Source: an uncultured Chloroflexia bacterium (GTDB lineage Bacteria > Chloroflexota > Limnocylindria > QHBO01). Taken from it: DNA of 64,000 bases. Numbering within the stretch: position 1 is the stretch's first letter; every line of letters begins with the position of its first letter. Shown here piece by piece: positions 1 through 9,915 of this stretch. The notes beneath the pieces are model-generated. The model was not told the DNA's origin and did not search any database. It saw only the letters and a program-made list of their open reading frames with translations. A program made the position numbers and the translations under genes. The stretch spans positions 64,001 through 128,000 of the forward strand of contig CAWGTN010000002.1 of the NCBI GenBank assembly GCA_963825525.1, written 5' to 3'.

Positions 1-573
1 GGCGTCGATGCCGCGCCCGGGATGTTGGCGATCGCGCGCAGTGATGTCGACGGGGTTGAGTTCGTCGAGTCCGACTTCGCGTCGCTGCCGTTCGATGACA
101 GGACCTTCGACATCGCGCTCGCCGTGCACGCGTTGCTCTTCGCTGCCGACCAGCGCGCCACCATGGTCGAGTGGCTGCGCGTCACGCGGCCGGGAGGTCG
201 GCTCAGCCTATCGGTTCCAGGGCCGGCCGAGGTCACACCGAGCCACCTCTATCGCCGGATCTACGAGGACCACGGGATCGACACCGCGGGCCGGTACCCC
301 ACCGCCGACTCTCTCGCTCGCCTTGCGGCGTCCGCAGGCTGGACCGGCGTGGAGGTCATGGCTGATCCGGGCACCGAGATCGTGCTCGGGTCGGAGGACG
401 ACTACCGTGAGTGGCGCACGATCGGCTTCCGCGGGGCGGCGACTGCCGAGTACACGCCCGAGCAGAACACGGCGCTCACCGACGAGATGCTGGCCGTCAC
501 GCCACGGGGTCCCGATGGTTCGTACCGAATTCCTTTCGGCGCGCTGTACCTCACTGCCAGGCGGGGCTCCTGA
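1..573 (+). CDS. Class I SAM-dependent methyltransferase (5' end outside window)
   Basis: Frame open from base 1: GVDAAPGML...DFASLPFDDRTFD...RVTRPGGRL, typical Methyltransf_11 motifs. Confidence 0.85.
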   Translation, partial: GVDAAPGMLAIARSDVDGVEFVESDFASLPFDDRTFDIALAVHALLFAADQRATMVEWLRVTRPGGRLSLSVPGPAEVTPSHLYRRIYEDHGIDTAGRYPTADSLARLAASAGWTGVEVMADPGTEIVLGSEDDYREWRTIGFRGAATAEYTPEQNTALTDEMLAVTPRGPDGSYRIPFGALYLTARRGS

Positions 574-588
574 CCGGAGACGCGTCGC

Positions 589-1005
589 TCAGCCGCCGTA
601 CTTGAGACAGGCGCGCGCGAACGAGAGGAGGCCCTCGAGGGAGCGATCGTCCGCATCGCTGGTGGCTGTGAGCTCGATCTTGGGTTCCTGCGCGACCAAC
701 CGCCACACCGCCTTGTCATGGCCGGTGACCTCGTCGATCTGGGAGTCACTCTGGAGCCGCAGGCCGCTGAGCGACGCCCATCGGACCGCCTGGCCACGGA
801 GGATCCATGATCCGCTCGGATCGGCCCCGGCGGGCGTGTACGTGAAGTCGAGCAGCCCGATGTCCGTCGCCACCAGAACGCGCATGCGGCCGCTGTCCGG
901 ATGCACCCCGACATGCGCGGCGTACTCGTCCGCCCGCAGCTCGCCCATCTGACGCTGGATCAGGCCCCGGGCCTTGCCCAGGTTGTCCCACTCACCGATC
1001 TTCAT
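589..1005 (-). CDS. Hypothetical protein, 138 aa
   Basis: Clean ORF with globular composition; TAGGCT lies 8 nt upstream of the ATG. Confidence 0.7.
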   Translation of the reverse strand: MKIGEWDNLGKARGLIQRQMGELRADEYAAHVGVHPDSGRMRVLVATDIGLLDFTYTPAGADPSGSWILRGQAVRWASLSGLRLQSDSQIDEVTGHDKAVWRLVAQEPKIELTATSDADDRSLEGLLSFARACLKYGG

Positions 1006-1038
1006 GGCGGCGCAGCCTAGCAGTTGCGGGCGCGGTCA

Positions 1039-4000
1039 TCAGGCCCCGGGTGCCGAGAGCGCCTGCAATCTGCGGCGAGGCAGCGGGAGCCGGCCGACCG
1101 CGACGATGGCCTCCACCGCTTCGTATGGCACGGGCCGCGAGAAGTGGAAGCCCTGGCCGAGCTGGCACCCGCGAGCCTTCAGGGCGAGCAGCTGGGCCTG
1201 GGTCTCGATCCCCTCCGCCACCACCTCGAGCCCCATCGTGGACGCCATCTCGAGAATCGTCTGCACAACCGCTCCCTCTGGCTCTTGCGTGATGCGGGAG
1301 ATGAAGCTGCGGTCGATCTTCACGATGTGGAACGGCAGGTGACGGAGGCGCCCGAGCGAGGAGTAGCCGGTTCCGAAGTCATCGAGGGCCAGGCGGACGC
1401 CCAGCTTGCGGAGTTGGCGGAGCTCGCGAAGCGCGGCGAGGTTGTCGCCGATGATCGCGGTCTCGGTGATCTCGATCACAAGCAACCCGGGCTCGAGGCC
1501 GCTCTTGCGAAGTGCGGCACGCACGTCGGGAACCACGGTTCCCTGCGCGAGCTGCGACGCGGACACATTCACCGCGACGTGGAGCGGTCCCTCGGATGCG
1601 GCGTTCCACTCGACCGCGCGCCGGCAGGCCTCCCCCAGCACGAACTTGCCGATGGGGCCGATGAGGCCCGTCTCTTCGGCAAGCGAGATGACCTCGGTGA
1701 CCGGCACGAACTGGCCGTCGGGATCACGCCAGCGAAGCAGCGCCTCGAAGCCGGTCACGGTGCCGTCGCGCAGGTCCACCATCGGCTGGTAGAACACCTC
1801 CAGCCGCTCATCGGCGATGGCACGCGCCAGGTTTGCCTTGAGCTCGAGCCGGCGAAGTGCCTGCTCATGCATGCGTGCCTCGTAGAGCTCGAACCGTGCC
1901 TTGCCGCGCTGCTTCGCGACATACATCGCGAGGTCCGCGTTGCGGAGCAGCTCCTCCGGGCGAGCGGTTGCCTCGAGGTCCACCGCGATGCCGATGCTGA
2001 CGTGGACCTGGACCTGCTTGCGCATCACGCTGAACGGCCGCTCGAACGCTTCCATCAGGCGCGCCGCCACCGTCTGGGGGGTCTCGGACACGACGTCCTC
2101 GAGGAGGATCGCAAACTCGTCGCCGCCGAGTCGGGCCGCGGTGTCGACCGGCCGCAGGAGCCGTTCGAGCCGACGCCCGACCGCCACCAGCAGCGCGTCG
2201 CCGGCACTGTGCCCCAGGCTGTCGTTGATCGTCTTGAAGTCATCGAGGTCCAGGAACAGGACGGCGAGTCCGGCGTGCTCGCGGCTGGATCGGTCGAGCG
2301 CGTGCTGCACGCGATCGGAGAACAGGGCGCGGTTTGCAAGGCCGGTGAGCGAGTCGTGCAGCGCCTGGTGGCGGAGCTGGCCCTCGAGCTCCTTGCGGGC
2401 GGTGATGTCGTCGATGAGCGCGTTGAACCGCACGGTCTCGCCGTCCTCGACCGGCCAGATGGTCAGCTCGACCGGGAACCGATGGCCGTCGCGGTGCATC
2501 GCCTCGAGCTCCATCCGACGCGAGAGGATGCGGCCCTGCCCGGTGGCGGCGTAGCGGCGCATCCCGTCGTGATGGGCGACGCGCTGCTCCGGGGGGATGA
2601 CGAGCTCGGCAAGGTCGGCGCCCATGGCCTGATCACGCGTCCATCCGAACGTGTCCTCGGCCTGCTGGTTCCACTCGACGACGTGACCCTCGGACTCGAT
2701 GGCCACGAATGCCAGGCTGGCGGTGTCGATGATCATCCGCTGCTGCTCCTCGCTGGCGCGCAGCGCCTCCTCGGCCACCTTCGCGGCGGTGATGTCGATC
2801 ATCAGGCCCTGGAGGAGCGGCTGACCGTCGTCGCCCTCGGTGACCGCAACGTCATCGAGGATCCAGACCGTGCGCCCGTCGCGGCGGATCATGCGGTACT
2901 CGAAACGAGTCGTGGCGCCGGGATCGACGGCGGCGGCATCGGCATTGACCACCGACTCGCGGTCGTCCGGATGGATGCTCTGCGCCCATAGGAGGGGATC
3001 CGCGATCCACTCTGCCGGGGCGTAGCCGAGCATGCCCTCGATCTGCGGGCTGACAAAGTGCCACCGACCGGTGGGGCCGGGCTCGGCTCGGTACACGACG
3101 CCCGGCTGGCGCTCGACGAGTGATCGGTATTTGACCTCGGCGCTGGAGAGCTCCGCGGCCAGCTGCTGCTCGCGACGGACGGCTCGCTCGCGGTCGCGGA
3201 GGAGCACGCTCTGGCGAACGGCAACGGTCAGCAGCACGAGACCCATGGCCGCGACGTTGACGACGTTCATGGGGCTGGGCAGTGGCCTGAGGAAGTGGAT
3301 GGCCATGAGCCCCGGGGTGAGCGCCACGGCCGCGATCGGCATCGCCGAGCGCATGCGCGCTGCGCGTCGGGCGTATGTGGGGTTGTCGTCCACGGCGTCG
3401 GTCCAGGTCGCAACGCCCAGGGCGATAAGGACGATCCCAACGGACAGAAGCACCGGCGCCACGAGCGGATCGGACATCCGATCCGCCGTGGGCAGCGCCA
3501 GGCGGGACAGGAAGCCGATCCCGAGCGCAAAGAGGCCGGCCAGAACGACGAACGCACCGTGCGGTTTGCGCTCCGCGCGAACCGCGAGATGCAGGAGAAG
3601 GGTCGCGAGCATCGTCGCCAGGAAGAAGACGGCGTAGGCGAGGTTGATTCCTCCGGCCGGCGTGCGGGCAGCATCATGGCCGAAGAGGGTGATCATGAGA
3701 GACGCGGTCGCAAAGAAGACCATCGCGCCGTCGAGGTAGACGGCGGCCTCGTCTGTCCATGCGACACGACGCCGGATCGTCACCCAGTACGACGCGGCGG
3801 CGCACGCCAGCACGCCGACGAATGGAGCGTCGGATACGGCAGGGGTGGACACCACTCCGGCCACCGCCTCGACGTTGCGAATGAGCTCGCCGAGCAGCCA
3901 GAGGCCCATGGCCACCGTCATCAGGTAACGCACCCGGCGCACGCGGCCGGTTGTCTTTCGGAGGGCGAGCATGCCGAGCACGAACGCGAAGCCGGCAGCC

Positions 4001-4164
4001 ACGGTCAGCTCGGCGCGTGCCAGTGCGCTGCCGATGGGCGCCGGCGAGATTGCGGCGAGCACGGCAAGCACGCTGATGACCACGATCCCGGCCAGGATGG
4101 TGGCTCGAGCGTCAGCAGGCAGTCGCAGGAAGGCAGCCGGCATCGCCGGCCCACGTCGTGTCAT
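1039..4164 (-). CDS. Membrane-anchored PAS-PAS-GGDEF-EAL diguanylate cyclase/phosphodiesterase
   Basis: Multiple N-terminal TM helices, two [44 protein letters not shown]; start codon uncertain (4185/4164/4143). Confidence 0.93.
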   Translation of the reverse strand: MTRRGPAMPAAFLRLPADARATILAGIVVISVLAVLAAISPAPIGSALARAELTVAAGFAFVLGMLALRKTTGRVRRVRYLMTVAMGLWLLGELIRNVEAVAGVVSTPAVSDAPFVGVLACAAASYWVTIRRRVAWTDEAAVYLDGAMVFFATASLMITLFGHDAARTPAGGINLAYAVFFLATMLATLLLHLAVRAERKPHGAFVVLAGLFALGIGFLSRLALPTADRMSDPLVAPVLLSVGIVLIALGVATWTDAVDDNPTYARRAARMRSAMPIAAVALTPGLMAIHFLRPLPSPMNVVNVAAMGLVLLTVAVRQSVLLRDRERAVRREQQLAAELSSAEVKYRSLVERQPGVVYRAEPGPTGRWHFVSPQIEGMLGYAPAEWIADPLLWAQSIHPDDRESVVNADAAAVDPGATTRFEYRMIRRDGRTVWILDDVAVTEGDDGQPLLQGLMIDITAAKVAEEALRASEEQQRMIIDTASLAFVAIESEGHVVEWNQQAEDTFGWTRDQAMGADLAELVIPPEQRVAHHDGMRRYAATGQGRILSRRMELEAMHRDGHRFPVELTIWPVEDGETVRFNALIDDITARKELEGQLRHQALHDSLTGLANRALFSDRVQHALDRSSREHAGLAVLFLDLDDFKTINDSLGHSAGDALLVAVGRRLERLLRPVDTAARLGGDEFAILLEDVVSETPQTVAARLMEAFERPFSVMRKQVQVHVSIGIAVDLEATARPEELLRNADLAMYVAKQRGKARFELYEARMHEQALRRLELKANLARAIADERLEVFYQPMVDLRDGTVTGFEALLRWRDPDGQFVPVTEVISLAEETGLIGPIGKFVLGEACRRAVEWNAASEGPLHVAVNVSASQLAQGTVVPDVRAALRKSGLEPGLLVIEITETAIIGDNLAALRELRQLRKLGVRLALDDFGTGYSSLGRLRHLPFHIVKIDRSFISRITQEPEGAVVQTILEMASTMGLEVVAEGIETQAQLLALKARGCQLGQGFHFSRPVPYEAVEAIVAVGRLPLPRRRLQALSAPGA

Positions 4165-4253
4165 GCCCCCATCGGCTTCGCGCACCTCGCGTTATTCGTC
4201 ATCAGGCTAGGAACCAGCCTCACGTCCGGCCATGGCCCATATGGCCTACTGCG

Positions 4254-4259
4254 TACAAT
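4254..4259 (+). promoter_or_regulatory. -10 box (TACAAT) of probable leaderless gatB transcript
   Basis: TACAAT 6 nt upstream of ATG 4266, no Shine-Dalgarno. Confidence 0.6.
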
Positions 4260-4265
4260 CGGCGC

Positions 4266-5744
4266 ATGCCCGCCAGCACACGCACCGAGTACGAGACCGT
4301 CATCGGCATCGAGGTCCACGCTCAGCTGCGCACCCAATCGAAGATGTTCTGCCCGTGTCCGACCGCACCACCGGACGGTGGTGCCGATGAGCCCAACTCC
4401 CGGGTCTGCCCCGTCTGCATGGGAATGCCCGGTACGCTGCCGGTGATCAACCGGCGTGCGGTGGAGCTGGTGATGCTGACCGGACTCGCCCTGAACTGCC
4501 GGGTGGAGACGGAGGCCGTTCGGTTCGAGCGGAAGAACTACTTCTATCCCGATCTCCCGAAGGGATACCAGATCAGCCAGTACGCGCTGCCGCTGACCAG
4601 TGGCGGTCAGCTGGCGGTCCCGGTGCCTGCCGAGAACGGGGAGGTGACCGTCGGAATCACGCGCGCCCACCTCGAAGAGGACACGGCGCGGATGCAGCAC
4701 GCGGGTCGGGGCTACAGCGTCGTCGACTTCAACCGTGCGGGCGTGCCGTTGATGGAGGTGGTGACCGAGCCCGACATCCGCACTCCGGCCCAGGCCCGCG
4801 CCTACGGTGAGACGCTGCGGGAGCTCCTCCGGGCCATCGGCGCCAGCAATGCCGATATGGATGCCGGCTCCATGCGGATCGAGGGCAACGTCAGCCTCCG
4901 ACCGCGTGGCACGACCACGCTGGGCACGAAGGTCGAGGTCAAGAACCTGAACAGCTTCCGATCCCTGGAGCGGGCGCTCGAGTACGAGGTGGCGCGTCAT
5001 GCCGAAGCGCTCGATCGTGGTGAGACCCTCGTCCAGGAGACTCGTGGCTGGGACGAGGAGAACGGACGCACCATCATCCAGCGCTCGAAGGAGGAGGCGA
5101 ACGACTACCGCTACTTCCCCGAGCCGGACCTGCCGCCGCTGCGTCCATCCGAGGCGTGGGTTGCCGAGCTCCGCGCCGGCCTGCCCGAGGTACCCGCCCT
5201 TCGCCGGGCTCGCTACGTGGATGAGCTTGGATTGTCGGCCTACGACGCCGGAGTCCTGACGTCTGACAACGCGCTGGCCACGTACTTCGACGCGGTGGTG
5301 GATGCCGGAGTCGCGCCCAAGAGCGCAGCCAACTGGATCACCGGCGAGTTCAGCCGGCTGCTCAACCAGCATGCCGCGCGCGGCCTCCGTGCCGACGACG
5401 TCGCTCTGCGTCCCGAAGGCATGGCCATCCTCATCGGCGAGGTCGAGGAGGGAAGGGTGTCCGGCACGAATGCGAAGGCCGTGCTGGCCGCCGTGTTCGA
5501 GTCGGGCGAGGATCCGCGCGCCGTGATCGAGCGTGATGGACTTGGACAGGTCAGCGACTCGGACGCCATCGGTCGCGAGATCGAGGCCGTCATCACCGAG
5601 TTCGCCGGCCAGGTTGCCGAGTACCGCTCCGGGAAGCCGCAGCTCTTCGGGTTCCTGGTCGGGCAGGTCATGAAGCGCACCGCCGGGCGGGCGGACGCCA
5701 AGCTCGTCAACGCCGAGCTCCGCCGTCGGCTCGAGTCCGAATGA
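4266..5744 (+). CDS. gatB: Asp-tRNA(Asn)/Glu-tRNA(Gln) amidotransferase subunit B
   Basis: [61 protein letters not shown]. Confidence 0.98.
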   Translation: MPASTRTEYETVIGIEVHAQLRTQSKMFCPCPTAPPDGGADEPNSRVCPVCMGMPGTLPVINRRAVELVMLTGLALNCRVETEAVRFERKNYFYPDLPKGYQISQYALPLTSGGQLAVPVPAENGEVTVGITRAHLEEDTARMQHAGRGYSVVDFNRAGVPLMEVVTEPDIRTPAQARAYGETLRELLRAIGASNADMDAGSMRIEGNVSLRPRGTTTLGTKVEVKNLNSFRSLERALEYEVARHAEALDRGETLVQETRGWDEENGRTIIQRSKEEANDYRYFPEPDLPPLRPSEAWVAELRAGLPEVPALRRARYVDELGLSAYDAGVLTSDNALATYFDAVVDAGVAPKSAANWITGEFSRLLNQHAARGLRADDVALRPEGMAILIGEVEEGRVSGTNAKAVLAAVFESGEDPRAVIERDGLGQVSDSDAIGREIEAVITEFAGQVAEYRSGKPQLFGFLVGQVMKRTAGRADAKLVNAELRRRLESE

Positions 5745-6529
5745 GCGGCGCCGATGCGGCCGAGCTGCTCCGCTTCGCGCACGAGATCCTCGACGAGACC
5801 GATGCGATCGCCCTGCGGCACGTGGGCTCCGGCCTGACGGTCAGCACCAAGCCCGATCGGACGCTGGTCACCCCGGCTGACACCGAGATCGAGACGTGGC
5901 TGCGCGAACGCATCGGGAGCCGATATCCGGGCCACACGGTGCTGGGCGAGGAGTTCGGGACCGAGGCGGATGCCGGCGACGGGCGCTGGATCATCGACCC
6001 GATCGACGCGACGCACAACGTGGTGCGTGGCATCGAGATCTTTGCCACCCTGCTCGCGTTCGAGCGCGATGGCGAGCTGCTGGTGAGTGTCGTCTCGGCG
6101 CCGGCGATGCATCGCCGATGGTGGGCCACCCGTGGCGGGGGAGCGATGGCCAGGACGGACGGGGTCGATCGACCGATTCGCGTCTCCGCGGTCAACGAGC
6201 TGGCCAACGCCCAGATCGTCTTCTCCACGCTGCGCGGTCTCGACGAGGCTGGACTGGGGGAGGGCCTCCGGGAGCTCACCGGGTCCGCATGGCGCGACCG
6301 CGGATTCGGTGACTTCTGGGGCCACATGCTGGTGGCGCAGGGATCAGCCGAGGCGATGGTCGAATACGGCGTGAAGCCGTGGGACATGGCTGCGCCGTAC
6401 CTCATCCTGACCGAGGCGGGCGGCCGCATGACCGACCTCGACGGCCGCAGCTCGTGGTCCGGACCGCAGGCCCTCACGACCAACGGCCTGCTCCACGATC
6501 AGATCCTGGACAAGCTGCACCGCCGATGA
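5741..6529 (+). CDS. hisN: Histidinol-phosphatase (inositol monophosphatase family)
   Basis: [45 protein letters not shown]; ATGA overlap with gatB. Confidence 0.85.
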   Translation: MSGADAAELLRFAHEILDETDAIALRHVGSGLTVSTKPDRTLVTPADTEIETWLRERIGSRYPGHTVLGEEFGTEADAGDGRWIIDPIDATHNVVRGIEIFATLLAFERDGELLVSVVSAPAMHRRWWATRGGGAMARTDGVDRPIRVSAVNELANAQIVFSTLRGLDEAGLGEGLRELTGSAWRDRGFGDFWGHMLVAQGSAEAMVEYGVKPWDMAAPYLILTEAGGRMTDLDGRSSWSGPQALTTNGLLHDQILDKLHRR

Positions 6530-8064
6530 CCGCCGACGCGGCGCGCAGGACATGGCTCCTGGCTGACTTCAGCCTCGTGGTGCTGATCGTCGTGCTGGCG
6601 TTGCTCACCACCCTCGTCGTCGCGCTGCCGGCAATCGGACCGGGCATCGTGAATGACCGGCTGGACATTGCCATCATCACGGCATCGCTCCTCGTCTCGG
6701 TGGCGGTCGCCGCACTCAATGCGGCGCGTGGTCGCGTCGCCGGGGACGACGCCGCTCTCATGCGCGGGTCCGCATTCGCGGTGCTGGCGGTGCTCAATGC
6801 CCTGACCCTCATCGTGCAGGTGGGCGGCGCGGATCGGGCATTCGGCGCCGCGCTCGACGAGCCGGGCCAGCTGCCCGTGGTCGCGGCGATCCTGGCTCGT
6901 GGGGTCGCTGTCCTGCTGCTGGTGGGAGCCGGGATCTTCGCCCTGCGCGCTGACCGACTGTCGTTGAGCCCGAGCCTCGTCCTGGCGGGGCCGCCGGCTC
7001 TCGTGGCCGCGGTGCTGGTGCTCGGTGCCGCGTTCCAGGATCGGCTGCCCATGGTCATCGATTCGACGACCCTCGGCGAGCTTGTCCGTGACCCGACGGC
7101 CGCGCTGAGCGCCGGGTCCGCACCCTGGATGGTTGCGACCCAGGCGACCTTGGGGCTGGGCTTTTTGGCCGCGGCCATCCTCGCGCACCGCGCCTGGCGT
7201 CGCACCCGTGGGAGCGCGGACATCCTGCTGGCCGCGGGCCTGTTCATCGCGGCGTTCAGCCAGGTCCACAGCGCGATCCATCCCGGCAGCTATGCGACGC
7301 TCGTGACGAGCGGCGACCTCCTGCGGCTCGCGTTCTTCGGCGTGCTCCTCGTCGGCATCGTGGTCAACAGCCGCGACGACCTCCGCGCGCTTCGGCGCGC
7401 GAACGTGGAGCTGCGCCGGCTCACAGAAGCCGAGCTGGCGAGCGCGACGCTCGAGGAGCGCGCGAGGCTGGCGCGCGAGATCCACGACGGCCTGGCACAG
7501 GACCTGTGGTACGCGAAGCTCAAGCAGAGCCGCCTGGCACAGACGGCGGCGCTCAGCGGCCCGGCCCTCGAGCTCAGCGACGAGGTTGCCGATGCCATCG
7601 ACTCGGCGTTGGCCGAAGCCCGGAGCGCGGTTGCCGCCATGCGCGAGGGATCGGAGGCCGGCTCGCTCCTCGAAATGCTGTCACGCCACGTCGACGATTT
7701 CAGTGATCGGTTCGCGCTCCGGGTGGAGATGAACCACACCGGTGCCAACCCCGACATTGGACCGCGGGCCCAGGCGGAGGTGCTGCGCATCATCCAGGAG
7801 GCGCTGACCAACGTCCGCAAGCATGCGGATGCGACCGTGATTCGGGTGGATGTGGCGGTCGACGGCGACCTCCGACTCCGCGTGTCGGACAATGGCCGCG
7901 GGTTCCGGCCGGACACGGTTCCTGCCGGTTTCGGCCTGGAAAGCATGCGGCAGCGTGCCGAGCTGATCGGCGCGTCGCTGACGGTCAGCTCCGAGCCGCA
8001 GAACGGAACCCGGGTCGAGGTGCGCGCGCCACTCGTCGAGAAGGAGGGGAATCGTGGAACGTGA
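6526..8064 (+). CDS. Membrane sensor histidine kinase (HisKA_3/NarX type)
   Basis: Many TM helices, EERARLAREIHDGLAQ, QEALTNVRKHA, DNGRGF, GFGLESMRQRA; ATGA overlap with hisN. Confidence 0.93.
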   Translation: MTADAARRTWLLADFSLVVLIVVLALLTTLVVALPAIGPGIVNDRLDIAIITASLLVSVAVAALNAARGRVAGDDAALMRGSAFAVLAVLNALTLIVQVGGADRAFGAALDEPGQLPVVAAILARGVAVLLLVGAGIFALRADRLSLSPSLVLAGPPALVAAVLVLGAAFQDRLPMVIDSTTLGELVRDPTAALSAGSAPWMVATQATLGLGFLAAAILAHRAWRRTRGSADILLAAGLFIAAFSQVHSAIHPGSYATLVTSGDLLRLAFFGVLLVGIVVNSRDDLRALRRANVELRRLTEAELASATLEERARLAREIHDGLAQDLWYAKLKQSRLAQTAALSGPALELSDEVADAIDSALAEARSAVAAMREGSEAGSLLEMLSRHVDDFSDRFALRVEMNHTGANPDIGPRAQAEVLRIIQEALTNVRKHADATVIRVDVAVDGDLRLRVSDNGRGFRPDTVPAGFGLESMRQRAELIGASLTVSSEPQNGTRVEVRAPLVEKEGNRGT

Positions 8065-8723
8065 GGTTCCGCTGACGATTGCTGCTGGTGGACGATCACG
8101 CGCTCGTGAGATCTGCCGTCCGACAGGCGCTCGACGCGCCCGACATCGAGGTCGTCGGCGAGGCCTCCAGCGCGGAGCAGGCCATCGAGCTCGCCATGCG
8201 GCTGCGGCCGGACGTCGTGCTGCTGGACATCGATCTTCCGGGCATGAGCGGCGTGGAGGCAGTGCGAGAGATGGCGCCGCGCCTGCCTGATACCAAGATC
8301 GTGATGCTCACCGTCTCGACGGATCGGCGCGATCTGCTGGGTGCCATCCGACATGGTGCGGTCGGATACCTGACCAAGGATCTGACCGGTGAGTCGCTCC
8401 TGCGGTCAGTCCGCGGCATCCGTCGCGGCGACCTTCCGATGTCGCGCGCCCACGCCGCCACGGTCATGTCGCACCTGGCTCGGGGCACGAGGGCCGGAGC
8501 GAGCGACGCCGACCAGATTGCCGACCTGCTCAGCGTCCGTGAGACCGAGGTCCTCCGGCTGCTTGCCGATGGGCTGACCGACCGGGAGATTGCCTCGGGC
8601 CTGTCCATTTCGCCGCGTACCGTGGAGAGTCACGTGAGCAGCCTGCTGCGCAAGCTGGGCGTCAGGAACCGTGCCGAGGCGGCGCAGCGGTATCGGGCGG
8701 ACGGAGGCTCGGCTAGCGCCTGA
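8054..8723 (+). CDS. NarL/LuxR-family response regulator (one apparent +1 indel near 8080)
   Basis: GTG 8054 after GGAGGG gives VEREVPLTI, then a frame switch to LLVDDHALVR; LLDIDLP, GYLTKD, C-terminal LSVRETEVL...SPRTVESHV HTH. Confidence 0.92.
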
Positions 8724-9162
8724 GCGCGCGGCGCAGGAATCGGGCGACGGGACCGGAGTTGGCGTCGGGCTCCTCGCTTCGCTCGTGGACTCGCTTCCAG
8801 GCCATCTCCTGGCCGATCGCGACCTCGATTCCCGTCCGTTTCGGCTCCGGGTCGATCGGGATGGCGACGTGCGGGGCGCTGCGCCAGCGCTCGACCTCGG
8901 CAGCGGCGATTTCGTAGGCTTCCTGCCGGATTGCGAGCGATGCGAGGTCTGCCGGGCGCCCGGTGGCCGCGCGCCGCATGGCAGCGATCCATTCGTCGCG
9001 GACGGTGACGTATCGCTCCTCCGCCTCTGCCAGAGACCGTGGACGATCGGTGAGCGGGCCGGTGTGGGGTCGGGCCGCCTCGGTGTCTTCGAGCATGCCG
9101 TCCGCGGTCGACTCGTCGGACTGTCGGGCGCGGCGGGCATCGGCGGCGCGACGGATGCTCAT
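8713..9162 (-). CDS. Hypothetical protein, 149 aa (helical)
   Basis: ORF with ATGA coupling to the upstream gene; no recognised motif. Confidence 0.6.
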   Translation of the reverse strand: MSIRRAADARRARQSDESTADGMLEDTEAARPHTGPLTDRPRSLAEAEERYVTVRDEWIAAMRRAATGRPADLASLAIRQEAYEIAAAEVERWRSAPHVAIPIDPEPKRTGIEVAIGQEMAWKRVHERSEEPDANSGPVARFLRRALRR

Positions 9163-9647
9163 GATCGCAGCTCCCGCATGAGTGCGGCCATCTGGGCCCG
9201 GAGGAGGCGCGGCTGATCGACGTCCAGGCTGAATCCCTCGCCTTCACGCAGCGTGAGGAGCAGCCGTTCTCCGGCGAGCGAGGTTTCCACGACGTCTGTG
9301 AGCTGCACCGACATGACCACCTGTCCCAGGTGAACCATCCGGCGCGACGTGAGGTACAGAGTTCCCCCGTAGCCAAGCGCGCGTTCGTCACCCGGTCCCC
9401 TGAGGATCGCATGCGGGCGCAAGGCATGCAGATGCTCGTCCGCGGCGAGATGCGCAGCGATTGGCTCGTCGGCAGGGATCGTTGCCATCGGCTCCGTCAG
9501 CAAGCGAGCGCGGGCCTCGGCGGCAGCGACCTCATCGGATTCGGCGCGCGCGGCGGCCGTGAGGGCGTCACGCAGCGCGGGGCCTTCCTCCGTGGACGTC
9601 TCGTTCGAACTCGCTGAGGCGTCCCGGCCCCGCTCTGGCAACTGCAT
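9159..9647 (-). CDS. Hypothetical protein with PH-like C-terminal domain
   Basis: GGTLYLTSRRMVH is typical of bacterial PH/GRAM-like folds; TACCTT lies 6 nt before ATG 9647. Confidence 0.65.
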   Translation of the reverse strand: MQLPERGRDASASSNETSTEEGPALRDALTAAARAESDEVAAAEARARLLTEPMATIPADEPIAAHLAADEHLHALRPHAILRGPGDERALGYGGTLYLTSRRMVHLGQVVMSVQLTDVVETSLAGERLLLTLREGEGFSLDVDQPRLLRAQMAALMRELRS

Positions 9648-9680
9648 GCACGGAAGGTACCCCTCCGGACCTCGATCGGC

Positions 9681-9810
9681 ATCCGGACATCTACGGATCA
9701 CGGTACGGAGTGCCCCATCCGTATCCGGACGCACCGGTGCGTACACGCACCGGTGATGGGGTGGGGGTACGGACTCGCGAATCAGTACCCCGCTCCGTAG
9801 GTTCACGGAT
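9681..9810. promoter_or_regulatory. Cluster of TCCGTA/TACGGA half-sites (putative response-regulator boxes) upstream of the giant adhesin
   Basis: TACGGA at 9692, 9704 and 9768; TCCGTA at 9718 and 9794; inverted pairs ATCCGGA-N4-TACGGAT and TCCGTA-N4-CACGGA. Confidence 0.45.
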
Positions 9811-9915
9811 GGCTCCACGGCACTTCGTTTGACACAGTGCCCGGGCATTCATTGATCTCGTGGTGTTCTGTGCCCGGATCATCATCTCGAGGGGAACTAG
9901 GGGATAGGGGAAATC

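Noticed and set aside
1024-2991. Long antisense/alternate-frame ORFs (e.g. 1024-2991, 13743-15749, 18219-20780, 56578-58722)
   Set aside because: They are shadow ORFs of real genes caused by stop-codon scarcity at high GC and contain no protein motifs
9790-9915. c-di-GMP riboswitch upstream of the adhesin
   Set aside because: I could not find the conserved GEMM-I (GGCAAA/GAAA/GCAAA) or class II elements by eye; an Rfam scan would settle it
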